Shown: one piece after another, positions 1 through 11,314 of the stretch
How positions within the stretch are numbered: the stretch's first letter is position 1
Layout of the letters: every line of letters starts with the position of its first letter
From: Candidatus Edwardsbacteria bacterium RifOxyA12_full_54_48
GTDB lineage: Bacteria > Edwardsbacteria > AC1 > EtOH8
Assembly (NCBI GenBank): GCA_001777915.1
Contig: MFFN01000004.1
Location: forward strand, 617,744 to 681,743
Reading direction: 5' to 3'
Length of the DNA: 64,000 nucleotides
The notes under the pieces: model-generated
Seen by the model: only the letters and a program-made list of their open reading frames with translations
Told to the model about the DNA's origin: nothing
The model's database searches: none
Program-made: the position numbers and the translations under genes

Positions 1-3000
1 AGCAAACTTAGATGGGATCGCGCAGGTTTCCTGACCATCATGTCACCCCTGGTCCTGCATGACACCCTGTATCTGGTGCAGGGCGTGGTGGACAATTCCG
101 CCAACCTAAGCCTGCGCACCGGCTCCACCATCGTCCGCAATTCCGGGAGCCTGTTGATGCCTCCGGTGCTGCAGAGCGACATCAACCTGGTCTATGGGCC
201 GCACGGAGGCGGGACCCTGGCCGCCGGCAACGAGCTGCCGGGCGGGGCCTCCGATCTTTATCATTTGGCCGTCGGCTTAAACTCCCAGCCCAACGACACC
301 ATACTCCTGTCTTCCGACGCCCAGGTCAACGGACGATTGAGTATTTATGAAGGGGCCCTCAATATAGGCGGCAACGCCCTGACGCTGCTGGATAGCATCG
401 ATCTGTTCGCCGGCAGCCTGTCGGCCGACAGCACATCGACCCTGATGGTCCTCAACAATCCCTATATGTTCCGGCTGCCGCCGAACATAAAAAACCTGGA
501 CAGCCTGGTGCTGGCCAGCTTTCCGGGGCTGGAGCTGGCCGACACGGTCCGTATCCGCTCCGGCTACCGGCAGACCACCGGCAGGATCGCCACCGGACAA
601 TTGGCCTACGGCCCGGCCGCCGCTTTGATCTATGACAATCTCGGGGCCGACACCACCTCCAATTTCGAGTTCCCGGTCATCGGCGGACCCCGTGACCTGA
701 CAGTTGCCGCCGTGGCGCTTCAGCTACATGCCGACAGGACGATCAAAGGGAGCCTGAACCTGGACGGCGTTCTGAACACCGGCGCCAACACCATCACCCT
801 AGACACCCTGGGGAATTTGTGGCTGTTATCCGGTTACGTGGACGGCAAGCTGTCCAAACTCATCCCCGTTTCGGCTGACACCACCATCTACTACGAGCTG
901 GGCACCGCCTCCGGGGGGTACAGCGAAGCCGGCATCCAGGTGTTCAACAACACCGTGCCGGCCTTCGTCACCACCGGGATCAAGGGAGCGGGACACCCGC
1001 TGGTCAACGATTCCAGCGCCTGCCTCAGGAAGACCTGGTCCTTCTCCGGGGCCGGACTGGCGGCCGACGCCAGCCTGATCACCCTGAACTACCTGCCGTC
1101 GGATTTCAACAGCGGATTCTCCGAGGCGGCCGACGAATCCACCATGGTGGCCGGGCGCTACGACAACGGGGCCACCCCGGGCTGGCAGTTCCCGAACATC
1201 GCCGTCCGCAACATCTACGGCAATGCCGACGGCGGATCGATAGTCCTAAGCCAGGCCGGCAATTTCACCGACAATCCAGAGTTCACCCTGGGGCGCGATA
1301 CAATGTCGATCTTCAACCCGGCGGCCGATACCACCCTGCCCTACATCGCGTCTAACCTGCCGCTGGACTGGGCATCGACGGTGGGTCTCTCGGACAGCGT
1401 GCGGATCACCTTCTCCGAGCCGGTCCGGAAATCCGGGGTCAGCTACAGCTTCGTGCCGGCTCCCGGCCTGGTGGATACGGCCTGGAGCGCGGACTCCACC
1501 ACAATAGTATTCAATCACAGTCCGTTTTCCGAATTAACCTCCTACACCGTCAGGGTGCTGGGGGTGCAGGATACGGCCGGCAACTCTCTGACCGGGCGGG
1601 ATAGCATCGGGTTCATGACCGCAGCGGCGTCGGACACCATCGGGCCGTACCTCAGCTTCGTCCAGCCCTTCAACGGTCAGACCGGGGTGATGCTGGACCA
1701 GCCGATCATGATCGGCTTCTCCGAGCCGGTGGACAGTTTTTCCCTGCGCTTCACCTGCACCCCCAACCCCGGCGGCTGGGTGCAGAACTGGGATTCGACC
1801 GGATATAATGTCTTCCTGATGCACAACAACTTCCTTCCGGGCGCCAGTTATTCCTTCCGGGTGGATTCGGTCAGCGACATCAACAGCAACCAATTGCGGA
1901 CCGACACCACTACCGTGCCCAACCCCTGGACCTTCACCGCCCAGCCCTACGAGACCCTCAGCGTGGCCTGGACCGGAGGGGCCTACAAACTGTTCTCGGT
2001 CCCGGTCAAGCCGGGGACCAATGCCGCCCTGACCAATCTGAGCGACGATCTGGGAGCCTACAGCGACAGCACCTGGCTGATGTTCGGATATGATGCCGCC
2101 GCAAATTCGTTCCCGGCCCGTCCGGACATCTACAACGGCTACGGCTACTGGCTGGCCTCGGCCAACAACGCCACCATCGATATCCAGGGCCTGCAGCAGG
2201 ACAATTACTCAAACGTCGGACTGCAGCCCGGCTGGAACCTGATCGGCTGTCCGTTCGAGGACCCGGTGCTGGTCCAGTCCATCGAGGTCATCGACACCCT
2301 GCAGCAGATGCGGACCTACAACGATACCACCAATAATATGTTCCTGAACGACAGCCTGGTCCGGCAGAGGATGTGGAGCTATTCCGACCACAGTTACGAT
2401 TTCGTCAACAACGGGGCCTGGGACAGCCTGTCGGCCTTCGACAGCGCCAGCCACCTGCAGCCCTGGCAGGGCTATGCGGTGTATGCTTTGCAGCCCTGCT
2501 CGCTGTTCATGATGCCGGCCTTCAAATCATCCGCCAAGGGGGTCCGCCTGGTGGCCTCCCCCAAGGTCGAGGTAAGCTGGCAGGCGGAATTCTCGGCAAG
2601 CAGCGGCCAGGCCGCCGACCGGGGCATCAGGATCGGGATCTCGCCCCAGGCTAAGGCCGGCTACGACCGGCTGGACGCCGAAAAACCGCCGCTGGTCAGC
2701 AGCGACGTTATGGCCTACATCCCGCATGACGACTGGAACCAGGGTCCCTGCCGGTCATACCAATACGACTTCCGCCCCGGTTCCGACCACGTCGAATGGC
2801 CGCTGACGGTCAGGACCTCCTCGGACGACCGGCCGGCGGAGCTGGCCTACAACCTGTCCCAAACAATTCCCGATGGTTACCAGCTTTACCTGGTGGACCG
2901 CAGGACCGGCAAGGCCACGGTGATAAGCGGAAGCGGAAAGATGGGATTCTCCGGCAGCCGGGAGTTCGCCGTCATCTACACCAACCGGAGCCTGGGCGGT

Positions 3001-3294
3001 CTGGACCTGAAACCCCTGAGCTTTGACCTCAACCAGACCTATCCCAACCCCTTCGCCCAGAGCATCACCGTCAACTACCAGCTGGTGGCCGCCGGGCAGG
3101 TCAGCCTGAAGGTCTACAATGTGGCCGGACAGCTGGTCAGGACCCTGACCGAGGGAACCGCCCTGCCGGGCTATTACAGCCAGACCTGGAACGGCCGGGA
3201 CAACGGCGGCCGGAAGATAGCTTCGGGCGTCTATATCATGCGCCTGGCGTCGGGCGGCCAGGAGCGGACCCGTAAATTAGTGAAGATCAAATAA
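1..3294 (+). CDS. Large secreted protein, 5'-truncated; Ig-like (Big_5-type) repeats and C-terminal FlgD/T9SS-type sorting domain
   Basis: Frame open from base 1; two 'ITFSEPV'/'IGFSEPV' Ig-like repeats; C-terminus LNQTYPNPF...LKVYNVAGQLVRTL...WNGRDNGG...SGVYIMRL...KLVKIK. Confidence 0.85.
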   Translation, partial: SKLRWDRAGFLTIMSPLVLHDTLYLVQGVVDNSANLSLRTGSTIVRNSGSLLMPPVLQSDINLVYGPHGGGTLAAGNELPGGASDLYHLAVGLNSQPNDTILLSSDAQVNGRLSIYEGALNIGGNALTLLDSIDLFAGSLSADSTSTLMVLNNPYMFRLPPNIKNLDSLVLASFPGLELADTVRIRSGYRQTTGRIATGQLAYGPAAALIYDNLGADTTSNFEFPVIGGPRDLTVAAVALQLHADRTIKGSLNLDGVLNTGANTITLDTLGNLWLLSGYVDGKLSKLIPVSADTTIYYELGTASGGYSEAGIQVFNNTVPAFVTTGIKGAGHPLVNDSSACLRKTWSFSGAGLAADASLITLNYLPSDFNSGFSEAADESTMVAGRYDNGATPGWQFPNIAVRNIYGNADGGSIVLSQAGNFTDNPEFTLGRDTMSIFNPAADTTLPYIASNLPLDWASTVGLSDSVRITFSEPVRKSGVSYSFVPAPGLVDTAWSADSTTIVFNHSPFSELTSYTVRVLGVQDTAGNSLTGRDSIGFMTAAASDTIGPYLSFVQPFNGQTGVMLDQPIMIGFSEPVDSFSLRFTCTPNPGGWVQNWDSTGYNVFLMHNNFLPGASYSFRVDSVSDINSNQLRTDTTTVPNPWTFTAQPYETLSVAWTGGAYKLFSVPVKPGTNAALTNLSDDLGAYSDSTWLMFGYDAAANSFPARPDIYNGYGYWLASANNATIDIQGLQQDNYSNVGLQPGWNLIGCPFEDPVLVQSIEVIDTLQQMRTYNDTTNNMFLNDSLVRQRMWSYSDHSYDFVNNGAWDSLSAFDSASHLQPWQGYAVYALQPCSLFMMPAFKSSAKGVRLVASPKVEVSWQAEFSASSGQAADRGIRIGISPQAKAGYDRLDAEKPPLVSSDVMAYIPHDDWNQGPCRSYQYDFRPGSDHVEWPLTVRTSSDDRPAELAYNLSQTIPDGYQLYLVDRRTGKATVISGSGKMGFSGSREFAVIYTNRSLGGLDLKPLSFDLNQTYPNPFAQSITVNYQLVAAGQVSLKVYNVAGQLVRTLTEGTALPGYYSQTWNGRDNGGRKIASGVYIMRLASGGQERTRKLVKIK

Positions 3295-3305
3295 GGAGAT
3301 ATAAA

Positions 3306-4121
3306 ATGAAAAAGATCGTCTCGATTTTAACCGCGGCCATAATGCTGATGGCCCTCCAGCCGGCCCGGGCCGAATTCAAGCCGTCCCAGGCCAGGATCAC
3401 CTTCATCAAGGGAAAGGTGGAGGTGCAGCGCCAGGGCAGCCAGACACCGGTCCCGGCCATGATGAAGATGACGGTATATCCCGGGGACATGATCTCCACC
3501 GATGACGGGTCCGAGGCCGAATTGAAGCTGTCGGACGGCAGCATCCTCAAGCTGAAGGACCAGGGACGGCTGGAGATCGAGAGAATGGAGAGGCAGAAGA
3601 AGCCCCTGACCACCATAAATTCCTTCCGGCTGGCAGCCGGCAAGATCCTGGGCTCCATCCGCAAGCTGTCCTCCCAGGAATCAAAGTTCACGGTGACCAC
3701 ACCGACGGCGGTGGCCGGCATCCGGGGGACGGTGTTCGGGGTGTTCGTGGAGGGGGACTCCACCGAGCTGAACGTGCTGAAGGGTGAGGTGGCCATCCAA
3801 GGCGACGCCGGGGGCGAGGTGCTGGTGAAGGACAAGATGATGCTCACGGTGGCCAAGGGGGACTCGGCCCACAACCCGGTGGTGATGACGGCGGCCAAGC
3901 TGGCGTTCATGACCATGTGGGCCGGAGCGGCCCTCAAGATAGGGTCGATGGGCAGCGCGGCGGCCACGGCCTGGTACGCCACCACGCCGGCCATCATCGG
4001 AGGTGCGGCGGCGGTGGTGGCCACCTCGGCGGTGGTGATCATCGCCAGCCAGAACGACGAGACCCCGGCCCCGGAGCCGGGCGCCCAGACCATCCCCGCC
4101 CCGCCGGGCTGGCCGCAATAA
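3306..4121 (+). CDS. FecR-domain protein with signal peptide and hydrophobic/Pro-rich C-terminal tail
   Basis: AAGGAG RBS; GDMISTDDGSEAELKLSDGS and FTVTTPTAVAGIRGTVF motifs. Confidence 0.8.
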   Translation: MKKIVSILTAAIMLMALQPARAEFKPSQARITFIKGKVEVQRQGSQTPVPAMMKMTVYPGDMISTDDGSEAELKLSDGSILKLKDQGRLEIERMERQKKPLTTINSFRLAAGKILGSIRKLSSQESKFTVTTPTAVAGIRGTVFGVFVEGDSTELNVLKGEVAIQGDAGGEVLVKDKMMLTVAKGDSAHNPVVMTAAKLAFMTMWAGAALKIGSMGSAAATAWYATTPAIIGGAAAVVATSAVVIIASQNDETPAPEPGAQTIPAPPGWPQ

Positions 4122-4256
4122 ACCAACCTAACAGAACCCCGTGGGCTGTGTCCGCCTGTCTTAACAGGTCAGATGATCCGGACAGGTTTGCGGGGTTTCA
4201 TTTTAAGACTGGCAAACAAAGGTCTTTTCTGTCATATAAAGAGGAAAAAGGGTTTT

Positions 4257-4994
4257 ATGAAGTGGGTGGTTTTGTTTCTTTTTGGGGGCTTGGGGCTGGC
4301 TTCCCTGACCGCCGGCCTGGTGTGGGGGGCCAAGAGGGCGGCCCTTTTCCGAACCGGATTGATCGCTCAGGGCAGGGTGGTGGCGATGCACCAGGGCGAG
4401 GTGGTCGACGACGAGGAAAGCCCCCGTCCATCCTATTATCCGATGGTGGAGTTCCGGACCCCGGATGGCCGGAGTTTCCAATTCAAGGGCAGCACCGGCA
4501 GTTCCAGCCCGGAGTTCACGATCGGGGCCGAGGTGGAGGTCAGATACAATCCCCAAAAACCCCAACAGGCCCAGTTGGCCAAGTTCTCCCATTTTTGGCT
4601 GGGGCCGCTGCTGCTGACCATCGGGGGACTATTGGCCCTGTTCCTGGCCTCGGGGGTGTTCTACATCTTCGGCGACATCGAGGGCGGGAAGAGCCCGGCC
4701 GGCCGGAGCATCAGAGCCCGGATGCTGGAGGCCAGCGGCAAGGCGGTCAGGATCGAGGGCCGGATCACCGGGGTCCGGGAAAGGGGCCGGGGCCGCTACG
4801 TATTCATCTGCCGGGGGGCCAGGCCGGGGTCAGATCGGGAGGAGGACTTCGAGTCGGAGGAGTTCGGGGTGAAGCCGGAGGGCGAACTGATCGGCCGGAG
4901 CGTGATTATCCTCATCAATCCCGACAAGAAGGATGAATACAGCGTCGAGCTGGGGCCGCTGCTCAAGGAGGTTGTGGAGAACCAATCCAGGTGA
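4257..4994 (+). CDS. DUF3592-like membrane protein with duplicated beta domain
   Basis: TM helix, GRVV...YYPMVEFRTPDG...GAEVEVRYNPQKPQQA, second TM; ATG 4257 preferred over 4173. Confidence 0.7.
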   Translation: MKWVVLFLFGGLGLASLTAGLVWGAKRAALFRTGLIAQGRVVAMHQGEVVDDEESPRPSYYPMVEFRTPDGRSFQFKGSTGSSSPEFTIGAEVEVRYNPQKPQQAQLAKFSHFWLGPLLLTIGGLLALFLASGVFYIFGDIEGGKSPAGRSIRARMLEASGKAVRIEGRITGVRERGRGRYVFICRGARPGSDREEDFESEEFGVKPEGELIGRSVIILINPDKKDEYSVELGPLLKEVVENQSR

Positions 4995-5044
4995 CCAAGC
5001 GGTGATTCGATCGGAATCGATCAGTAATTTCTAAAAAATTCAAA

Positions 5045-5851
5045 ATGAAAATAATATTGCCCCCGGCATTTTTCATAGCCCTTCTGGCAGGGGTTTTAAC
5101 GGCGGCTTTTCCGGGGTGCGCCCCCACCGTGTCCATAAAATACGACATCCACCGCAACCTGCCGATCATAGCGGACAACAGCCGCCCCGGGAAAACCTTT
5201 CAGGCCGGGGTGTTCCACGATTTCAGCAGCCGGGACACGGTCGAGATAGACTACTTCTACACCAGTCAGGTCAATCAGACCTTTTCGGCCTGGAACCAGT
5301 CTAACAGCCTATTGTACCTGTCCTATTCGCCCGTCGGGTCTTTTTCGGTCACAGGGATGATGGACGATGTGGGACCCGCCGCCGAACTGGTCTTCCGGCC
5401 AAAGATGGACGATCCCTGTCTGGCCCTGAGCGCCGCGGGATGGAAGAGTGATAAAGCTCTGTACTTCCGGGGCACGGCCGCGGGATCGCACCGCCCCTTC
5501 AGAAAGGATACTTCTGAAGTTGATGACGGCTTAAGCGGCCTCGGATTCTTCGGAAACCTGAGCTGGGCCCAGTATCCGGTCAGCATAGAATTCGACCAGA
5601 CCTATTACGATACTTTGGGAACCGAGTATTCCTGGCGGCTGGCCGGCGAGGAGAAAGGTTCGGCCCTCATTGCCGGGGCCGGCCTGGAGGCGGACCTGGG
5701 CTGGATCAAGGCCCAGCTGGGGATATCCCATTCATTCGCCATGAAGGAGCGGGGGGTGCGGGTGGACCTGGGCAGCCAGCCGGCCTACCTGACGGATGTC
5801 CGTCCGGCTCCGGTGACAAGGTTTCTGGCCGGGGTGATAGTGGGATTTTGA
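5045..5851 (+). CDS. Hypothetical lipoprotein, possibly outer-membrane beta-rich
   Basis: Lipobox-like FPGC; ends in aromatic residue (GVIVGF). Confidence 0.55.
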   Translation: MKIILPPAFFIALLAGVLTAAFPGCAPTVSIKYDIHRNLPIIADNSRPGKTFQAGVFHDFSSRDTVEIDYFYTSQVNQTFSAWNQSNSLLYLSYSPVGSFSVTGMMDDVGPAAELVFRPKMDDPCLALSAAGWKSDKALYFRGTAAGSHRPFRKDTSEVDDGLSGLGFFGNLSWAQYPVSIEFDQTYYDTLGTEYSWRLAGEEKGSALIAGAGLEADLGWIKAQLGISHSFAMKERGVRVDLGSQPAYLTDVRPAPVTRFLAGVIVGF

Positions 5852-5879
5852 AATATTTGCCAATAGGATTATGTCGTAA

Positions 5880-5914
5880 ACCGGGGCGATCCGATATCGC
5901 CCCGGTCTTATTTA
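5880..5914 (+). terminator. Probable intrinsic terminator
   Basis: ACCGGGGCGAT-CCGAT-ATCGCCCCGGT hairpin followed by T-rich tract. Confidence 0.55.
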
Positions 5915-5964
5915 TCCTTGATTTTAAAGGGGGTAAAGAGTTATAATAAATGTTCAAATCAACA

Positions 5965-5990
5965 TGGATTCCCGATTCCTCGGGAATGAC
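5965..5990 (+). repeat. REP-like hairpin, TGGATTCC...GGAATGAC family
   Basis: TGGATTCCCGATTCCTCGGGAATGAC, 2 mismatches to the copy at 57950-57975. Confidence 0.8.
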
Positions 5991-6067
5991 AATCGACATT
6001 TTTATATATGATCCGCGAAAATCCGTGGCCAATTAATTTAAGCAACAATAATTGCGAGGGAATTCAA

Positions 6068-7759
<1,692 letters not shown>

Positions 7760-7791
7760 CATATAATTGAAGGCATAATAAAGCAATACTC

Positions 7792-7823
7792 AAAGGGCGG
7801 CCGGCATGCCGCCCTTTCTTTTT
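7792..7823 (+). terminator. Intrinsic terminator after glyQS
   Basis: AAAGGGCGGC-CGGCAT-GCCGCCCTTT then T run. Confidence 0.85.
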
Positions 7824-7860
7824 CAAGGCCTTGGCCCGCAAATTCTAAGGGAATTTATTG

Positions 7861-7890
7861 TTGACATTATCCATTAAGTTATGATATGAT
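7861..7890 (+). promoter_or_regulatory. sigma70-type promoter
   Basis: TTGACA-N18-TATGAT with TGn extension; AGGAG RBS downstream. Confidence 0.7.
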
Positions 7891-7923
7891 ATTTTGTTAA
7901 GTATGTTTTAAAAGGAGAATATA

Positions 7924-8568
7924 ATGGCCGAAGCTCAAGGGGCTTTCGAAAAGAACCTGGCCGCCGGGGAGGTCCTCTTTAAGGAGGGGGACAAAGGCGA
8001 GGAGATGTATCTGATAAAATCCGGCAAGGTGGAGATATCCAACAACGCCGGGGGGGTCAAAAAGGTCTTGGCCGAGTTGTCCGAGGGCTCATTCCTGGGC
8101 GAGATGGCCATCGTGGATGATGCCCCGCGCTCGGCTGCGGCCATAGCCCTAAGCGAGGTCTCACTGCTGATACTGGACCGGGCGGCCTTCAAGGCCCAGC
8201 TGCAGGAGAACCCCATGGTGGAATACCTGATCTCCAGCCTGGTCAAGCGCCTGCGGGAGACCAACGAACAGGTGAAGATACTGCTGCAGAAGGACGATGT
8301 CTGCCGGGTGGCGGCCTCGCTGCTGGCCATGGGCCGGGAGAAGGGCGCTCCGGACGGATCGGGAGTTTTCATCAAGGGCAGTTACACCCCGGAGGGACTG
8401 GCCAAGCAGGTGGGGGTCAGCATCCCCAAGGCCAAGGATATCCTGGAGAAGATGCAGGCCTCGTCGCTGATAGCCTTCTCTCCCGAGGGGATCAAGATCC
8501 CCTCCATGCCGGACCTGGAGGAATACTGGCGCTACGCCACCCTCAAGGAGAAGTTCAAGGAGATCTAG
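7924..8568 (+). CDS. Crp/Fnr-family cNMP-binding regulator
   Basis: LFKEGDKGEEMYLIKSGKV, FLGEMAIVDDAPRSA; C-terminal HTH-like segment. Confidence 0.9.
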   Translation: MAEAQGAFEKNLAAGEVLFKEGDKGEEMYLIKSGKVEISNNAGGVKKVLAELSEGSFLGEMAIVDDAPRSAAAIALSEVSLLILDRAAFKAQLQENPMVEYLISSLVKRLRETNEQVKILLQKDDVCRVAASLLAMGREKGAPDGSGVFIKGSYTPEGLAKQVGVSIPKAKDILEKMQASSLIAFSPEGIKIPSMPDLEEYWRYATLKEKFKEI

Positions 8569-8573
8569 TACCG

Positions 8574-8936
8574 GCCACAGAGATTTTTTATATTGTAGGG
8601 GCGAAAGGTCTTTCGCCCGGACCTCATTACCAGGCAATACAGTCATTCCCGTGCCGACGGGAATCCATGGGACCAGCCCCTTTTTAACCACCAAGACACC
8701 AAGGCACAGAGATTTTTGTCACCCTGAGTTTTCCTTCTGTCTGGCAGGATGAGTGCCTTCGCCGTAGCTGCGGCACTCGAGGTAGCCAATTATAAAAGCG
8801 AAGGCGAAATGGGTGACGATAACGCCATTTCAACCACAGAGGGCACAAAGAAAACATTATCGTAGGGCGGATCGCGATCCGCCCAGGTTCTCCGCCTGCC
8901 AAGGCAGGTCATTCCGGTGCAGACGGGAATCCAGGG
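8574..8936. repeat. Intergenic mosaic of REP-like elements
   Basis: GTAG hairpins 8595-8618 and 8862-8884; GTCATTCC..GGAATCCA 8642-8667 and 8908-8933; CCACCAAGACACCAAGGCACAGAG 8684-8717. Confidence 0.8.
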
Positions 8937-8975
8937 CCAACATTTTTATAATTTCAATAATCAGATAGAGCGAAG

Positions 8976-9944
8976 ATGCGATTTCCCAAGGGCAGGTCAA
9001 GCCTCCAGAACGCCAAACTTGAATTCGTCCACCTGGACAACATTTTGGCCGACAATAAAAAAGAGCGGGCCAGCAAGATCTCCGGATACCTGGAGATCAT
9101 CTATCCCGACATGGTCCAGCTGCTGTATCTCAAGAAGGGCGAGCCGGTGAACGCCGGGCATTTCTCCCGCACCGAACGCAAGCAGATCTCCATCTCCGAG
9201 GTGATAGATAAGGCCAAAAAATCCACCACCGGCACGGTCTCCATCTACGAGACGCCGGAGGAGCTGGTGGACATGATGCTGGCCGTCTTCAGCGTCAAGC
9301 CGGTTTTCAAGAACCTGGACCTGTCCAATGTGGAACCGGAAAAGTTGTTCGAGAAGCTGACCTCGGTCAAGTTCGACGGCTTTATGGAGATCCGGCGGGG
9401 GGTGGATATCTCCTACGTCCGATTCAAGGAGGGGGCGCCGGTCTCCGGCTATTTCACCTGGAAGGTGGAGGGCATTACCCCCGACCTGCTGAAGGCGGCC
9501 CTCAAGGCTGCGGCCACCGCCCCCGGGGCGGTGATCGTGGACGCCTATGACAAACTGCCGGTGCTGGCCGAGCATGCCAGCCCCGCCCAGATAGAGCTGT
9601 TCGTCAAGGCCATGAACAAGCTGATGGCCGAAATGCGCAACATCGCCGGCCCCACCCTGGTCAGCAAGACCATCGCCTCCTCGAAGGAAGCGGCCTCGGT
9701 GCACTATCCCTTCCTCAAGGACTTCGATTCCGGAGACGAGATCAAGGGCGAGGGCAAGATCGTGACCACCTCCGAGGAGCTGGGCAAGGGATTTGCCGAA
9801 TGGATGGATAATTTCGTCGACTCCTTCCGGATAGTGCTGGGCAAGCGCCTGGACGGGATAGTGCAGAACGCCCTGAAGGATTTCCGCTTCGCCCTCAAGG
9901 CCTCCAGCTTCGGACGGTACTCCAAGCTCAAGGATCTGCTCTAA
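8976..9944 (+). CDS. Conserved-looking hypothetical protein with two tandem related domains (DUF2226/DUF4388-like)
   Basis: Host-like codon usage; internal repeat KISGYLEI...LYLKKGEPV / KFDGFMEI...VRFKEGAPV. Confidence 0.6.
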   Translation: MRFPKGRSSLQNAKLEFVHLDNILADNKKERASKISGYLEIIYPDMVQLLYLKKGEPVNAGHFSRTERKQISISEVIDKAKKSTTGTVSIYETPEELVDMMLAVFSVKPVFKNLDLSNVEPEKLFEKLTSVKFDGFMEIRRGVDISYVRFKEGAPVSGYFTWKVEGITPDLLKAALKAAATAPGAVIVDAYDKLPVLAEHASPAQIELFVKAMNKLMAEMRNIAGPTLVSKTIASSKEAASVHYPFLKDFDSGDEIKGEGKIVTTSEELGKGFAEWMDNFVDSFRIVLGKRLDGIVQNALKDFRFALKASSFGRYSKLKDLL

Positions 9945-9968
9945 ACCAACGTTCAAAGAGTGATTCAG

Positions 9969-10643
9969 ATGCCGGGAATATTATATTTAGTGGCCACGCC
10001 CATCGGCAACCTGGAGGACATCACCCTGAGGGCGCTGAAGGTCCTCCAGGAGGTTCAGTTGATCGCCGCCGAGGATACCCGGCACACCGGCCTGCTGCTG
10101 AAACACTACGGGATAAGCACCCCGTTAAGTTCTTTCTACTCTTACAACCAGAAGGGAAAAGCCCCGGAGCTGATCCGCCGGATGCAGGAAGGGGCCAATA
10201 TGGCCCTGGTGTCCGACGCCGGGACCCCCGGCATCTCCGATCCGGCGGTGGCCCTGGTGGCCCAGGCGGTGGCGGCCGGCATCAAGGTGGTCCCCATCCC
10301 CGGGCCGACCGCCCTGATCTCCGCCCTGATCGCCTCCGGCCTGGACACCAGCCAGTTCGTCTTCACCGGATTCCTTCCGGTCAAGCCGGGCCGCCGGGCT
10401 AAGGTCCTGGGGCAGCTGGAGCGGGAATCCCGGACCATCGTGATCTACGAATCCCCCCACCGCATCAGCCGCACTTTGCAGGAACTGGCTGATGTTTTTA
10501 AATCCCGCCCGGCGGCGGTCTGCCGGGAGATCACCAAAATGTTCGAGGAATTCGAACGGGGCCCGCTGCCCGAGCTGGCGGAAAAGTATCGAACCAAGAA
10601 GCCCAAGGGCGAATTTGTAATCGTTATTGCCGGAAAGGAATAG
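9969..10643 (+). CDS. rsmI: 16S rRNA (cytidine1402-2'-O)-methyltransferase
   Basis: [56 protein letters not shown]. Confidence 0.97.
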   Translation: MPGILYLVATPIGNLEDITLRALKVLQEVQLIAAEDTRHTGLLLKHYGISTPLSSFYSYNQKGKAPELIRRMQEGANMALVSDAGTPGISDPAVALVAQAVAAGIKVVPIPGPTALISALIASGLDTSQFVFTGFLPVKPGRRAKVLGQLERESRTIVIYESPHRISRTLQELADVFKSRPAAVCREITKMFEEFERGPLPELAEKYRTKKPKGEFVIVIAGKE

Positions 10644-11255
10644 ATGTTTCCCAATTGGCTGAAGACCGGATTTGTCAACCTGTTCAATCCGGTGATAAAT
10701 TTCTTCATCTGGACCAGGGTCAAGCCCAACTGGCTGACCACCGCCGGATTTCTGTTCGGCCTGGGCTCCGGCCTGCTGTTCGCCACCGGCCATTTCTTCT
10801 GGGGCGGCCTGGTGGCCCTGCTGTCGGCCATCTGCGACGCCATCGACGGCTCGCTGGCCCGCCGCTCGGGCCGCAGCACCAAGTTCGGCATGTTCTACGA
10901 CTCGGTGCTGGACCGCTACTCGGAGCTGGCCATGTTCATCGGGCTGTCCTATTACTATGCCGGCAGCGAGATGTGGCGGCTGGTCATCCTGACCGACCTG
11001 GCGCTGGCCGGCTCGTTGATGGTCAGCTACGCCCGGGCCAGGGCCGAGGGGCTGGGCGAGGACTGCAAGGTGGGCATCATGGAGCGGCCGGAACGGATAG
11101 CGGTGATCATCACCGCCTCGGTGTTCACCGGGATCTTCGACCAGCACTGGATATTCGAGATCGCCCTGTGGGTGCTGGCGGTATTCACCAACGTCACCGC
11201 GCTGCAGAGGATCCTGCATATCCGCCAGAAGACCAAGGGGCAGGGGATTCCCTGA
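10644..11255 (+). CDS. CDP-alcohol phosphatidyltransferase, likely phosphatidylinositol-phosphate synthase
   Basis: [26 protein letters not shown] motif; [15 protein letters not shown]...VGIMERPER; adjacent to ino1. Confidence 0.85.
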   Translation: MFPNWLKTGFVNLFNPVINFFIWTRVKPNWLTTAGFLFGLGSGLLFATGHFFWGGLVALLSAICDAIDGSLARRSGRSTKFGMFYDSVLDRYSELAMFIGLSYYYAGSEMWRLVILTDLALAGSLMVSYARARAEGLGEDCKVGIMERPERIAVIITASVFTGIFDQHWIFEIALWVLAVFTNVTALQRILHIRQKTKGQGIP

Positions 11256-11314
11256 ATAAGAGACAAGAAAACACCATCAGAAAAATAAAAATTCAGTTTT
11301 TAGGAAGGGACCAC

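Noticed and set aside
10655..11314. 597-aa ORF suggesting a long N-terminal extension of Ino1
   Set aside because: The extension is an alternate frame over the phosphatidyltransferase gene; Ino1 homology and an RBS start at ATG 11315.
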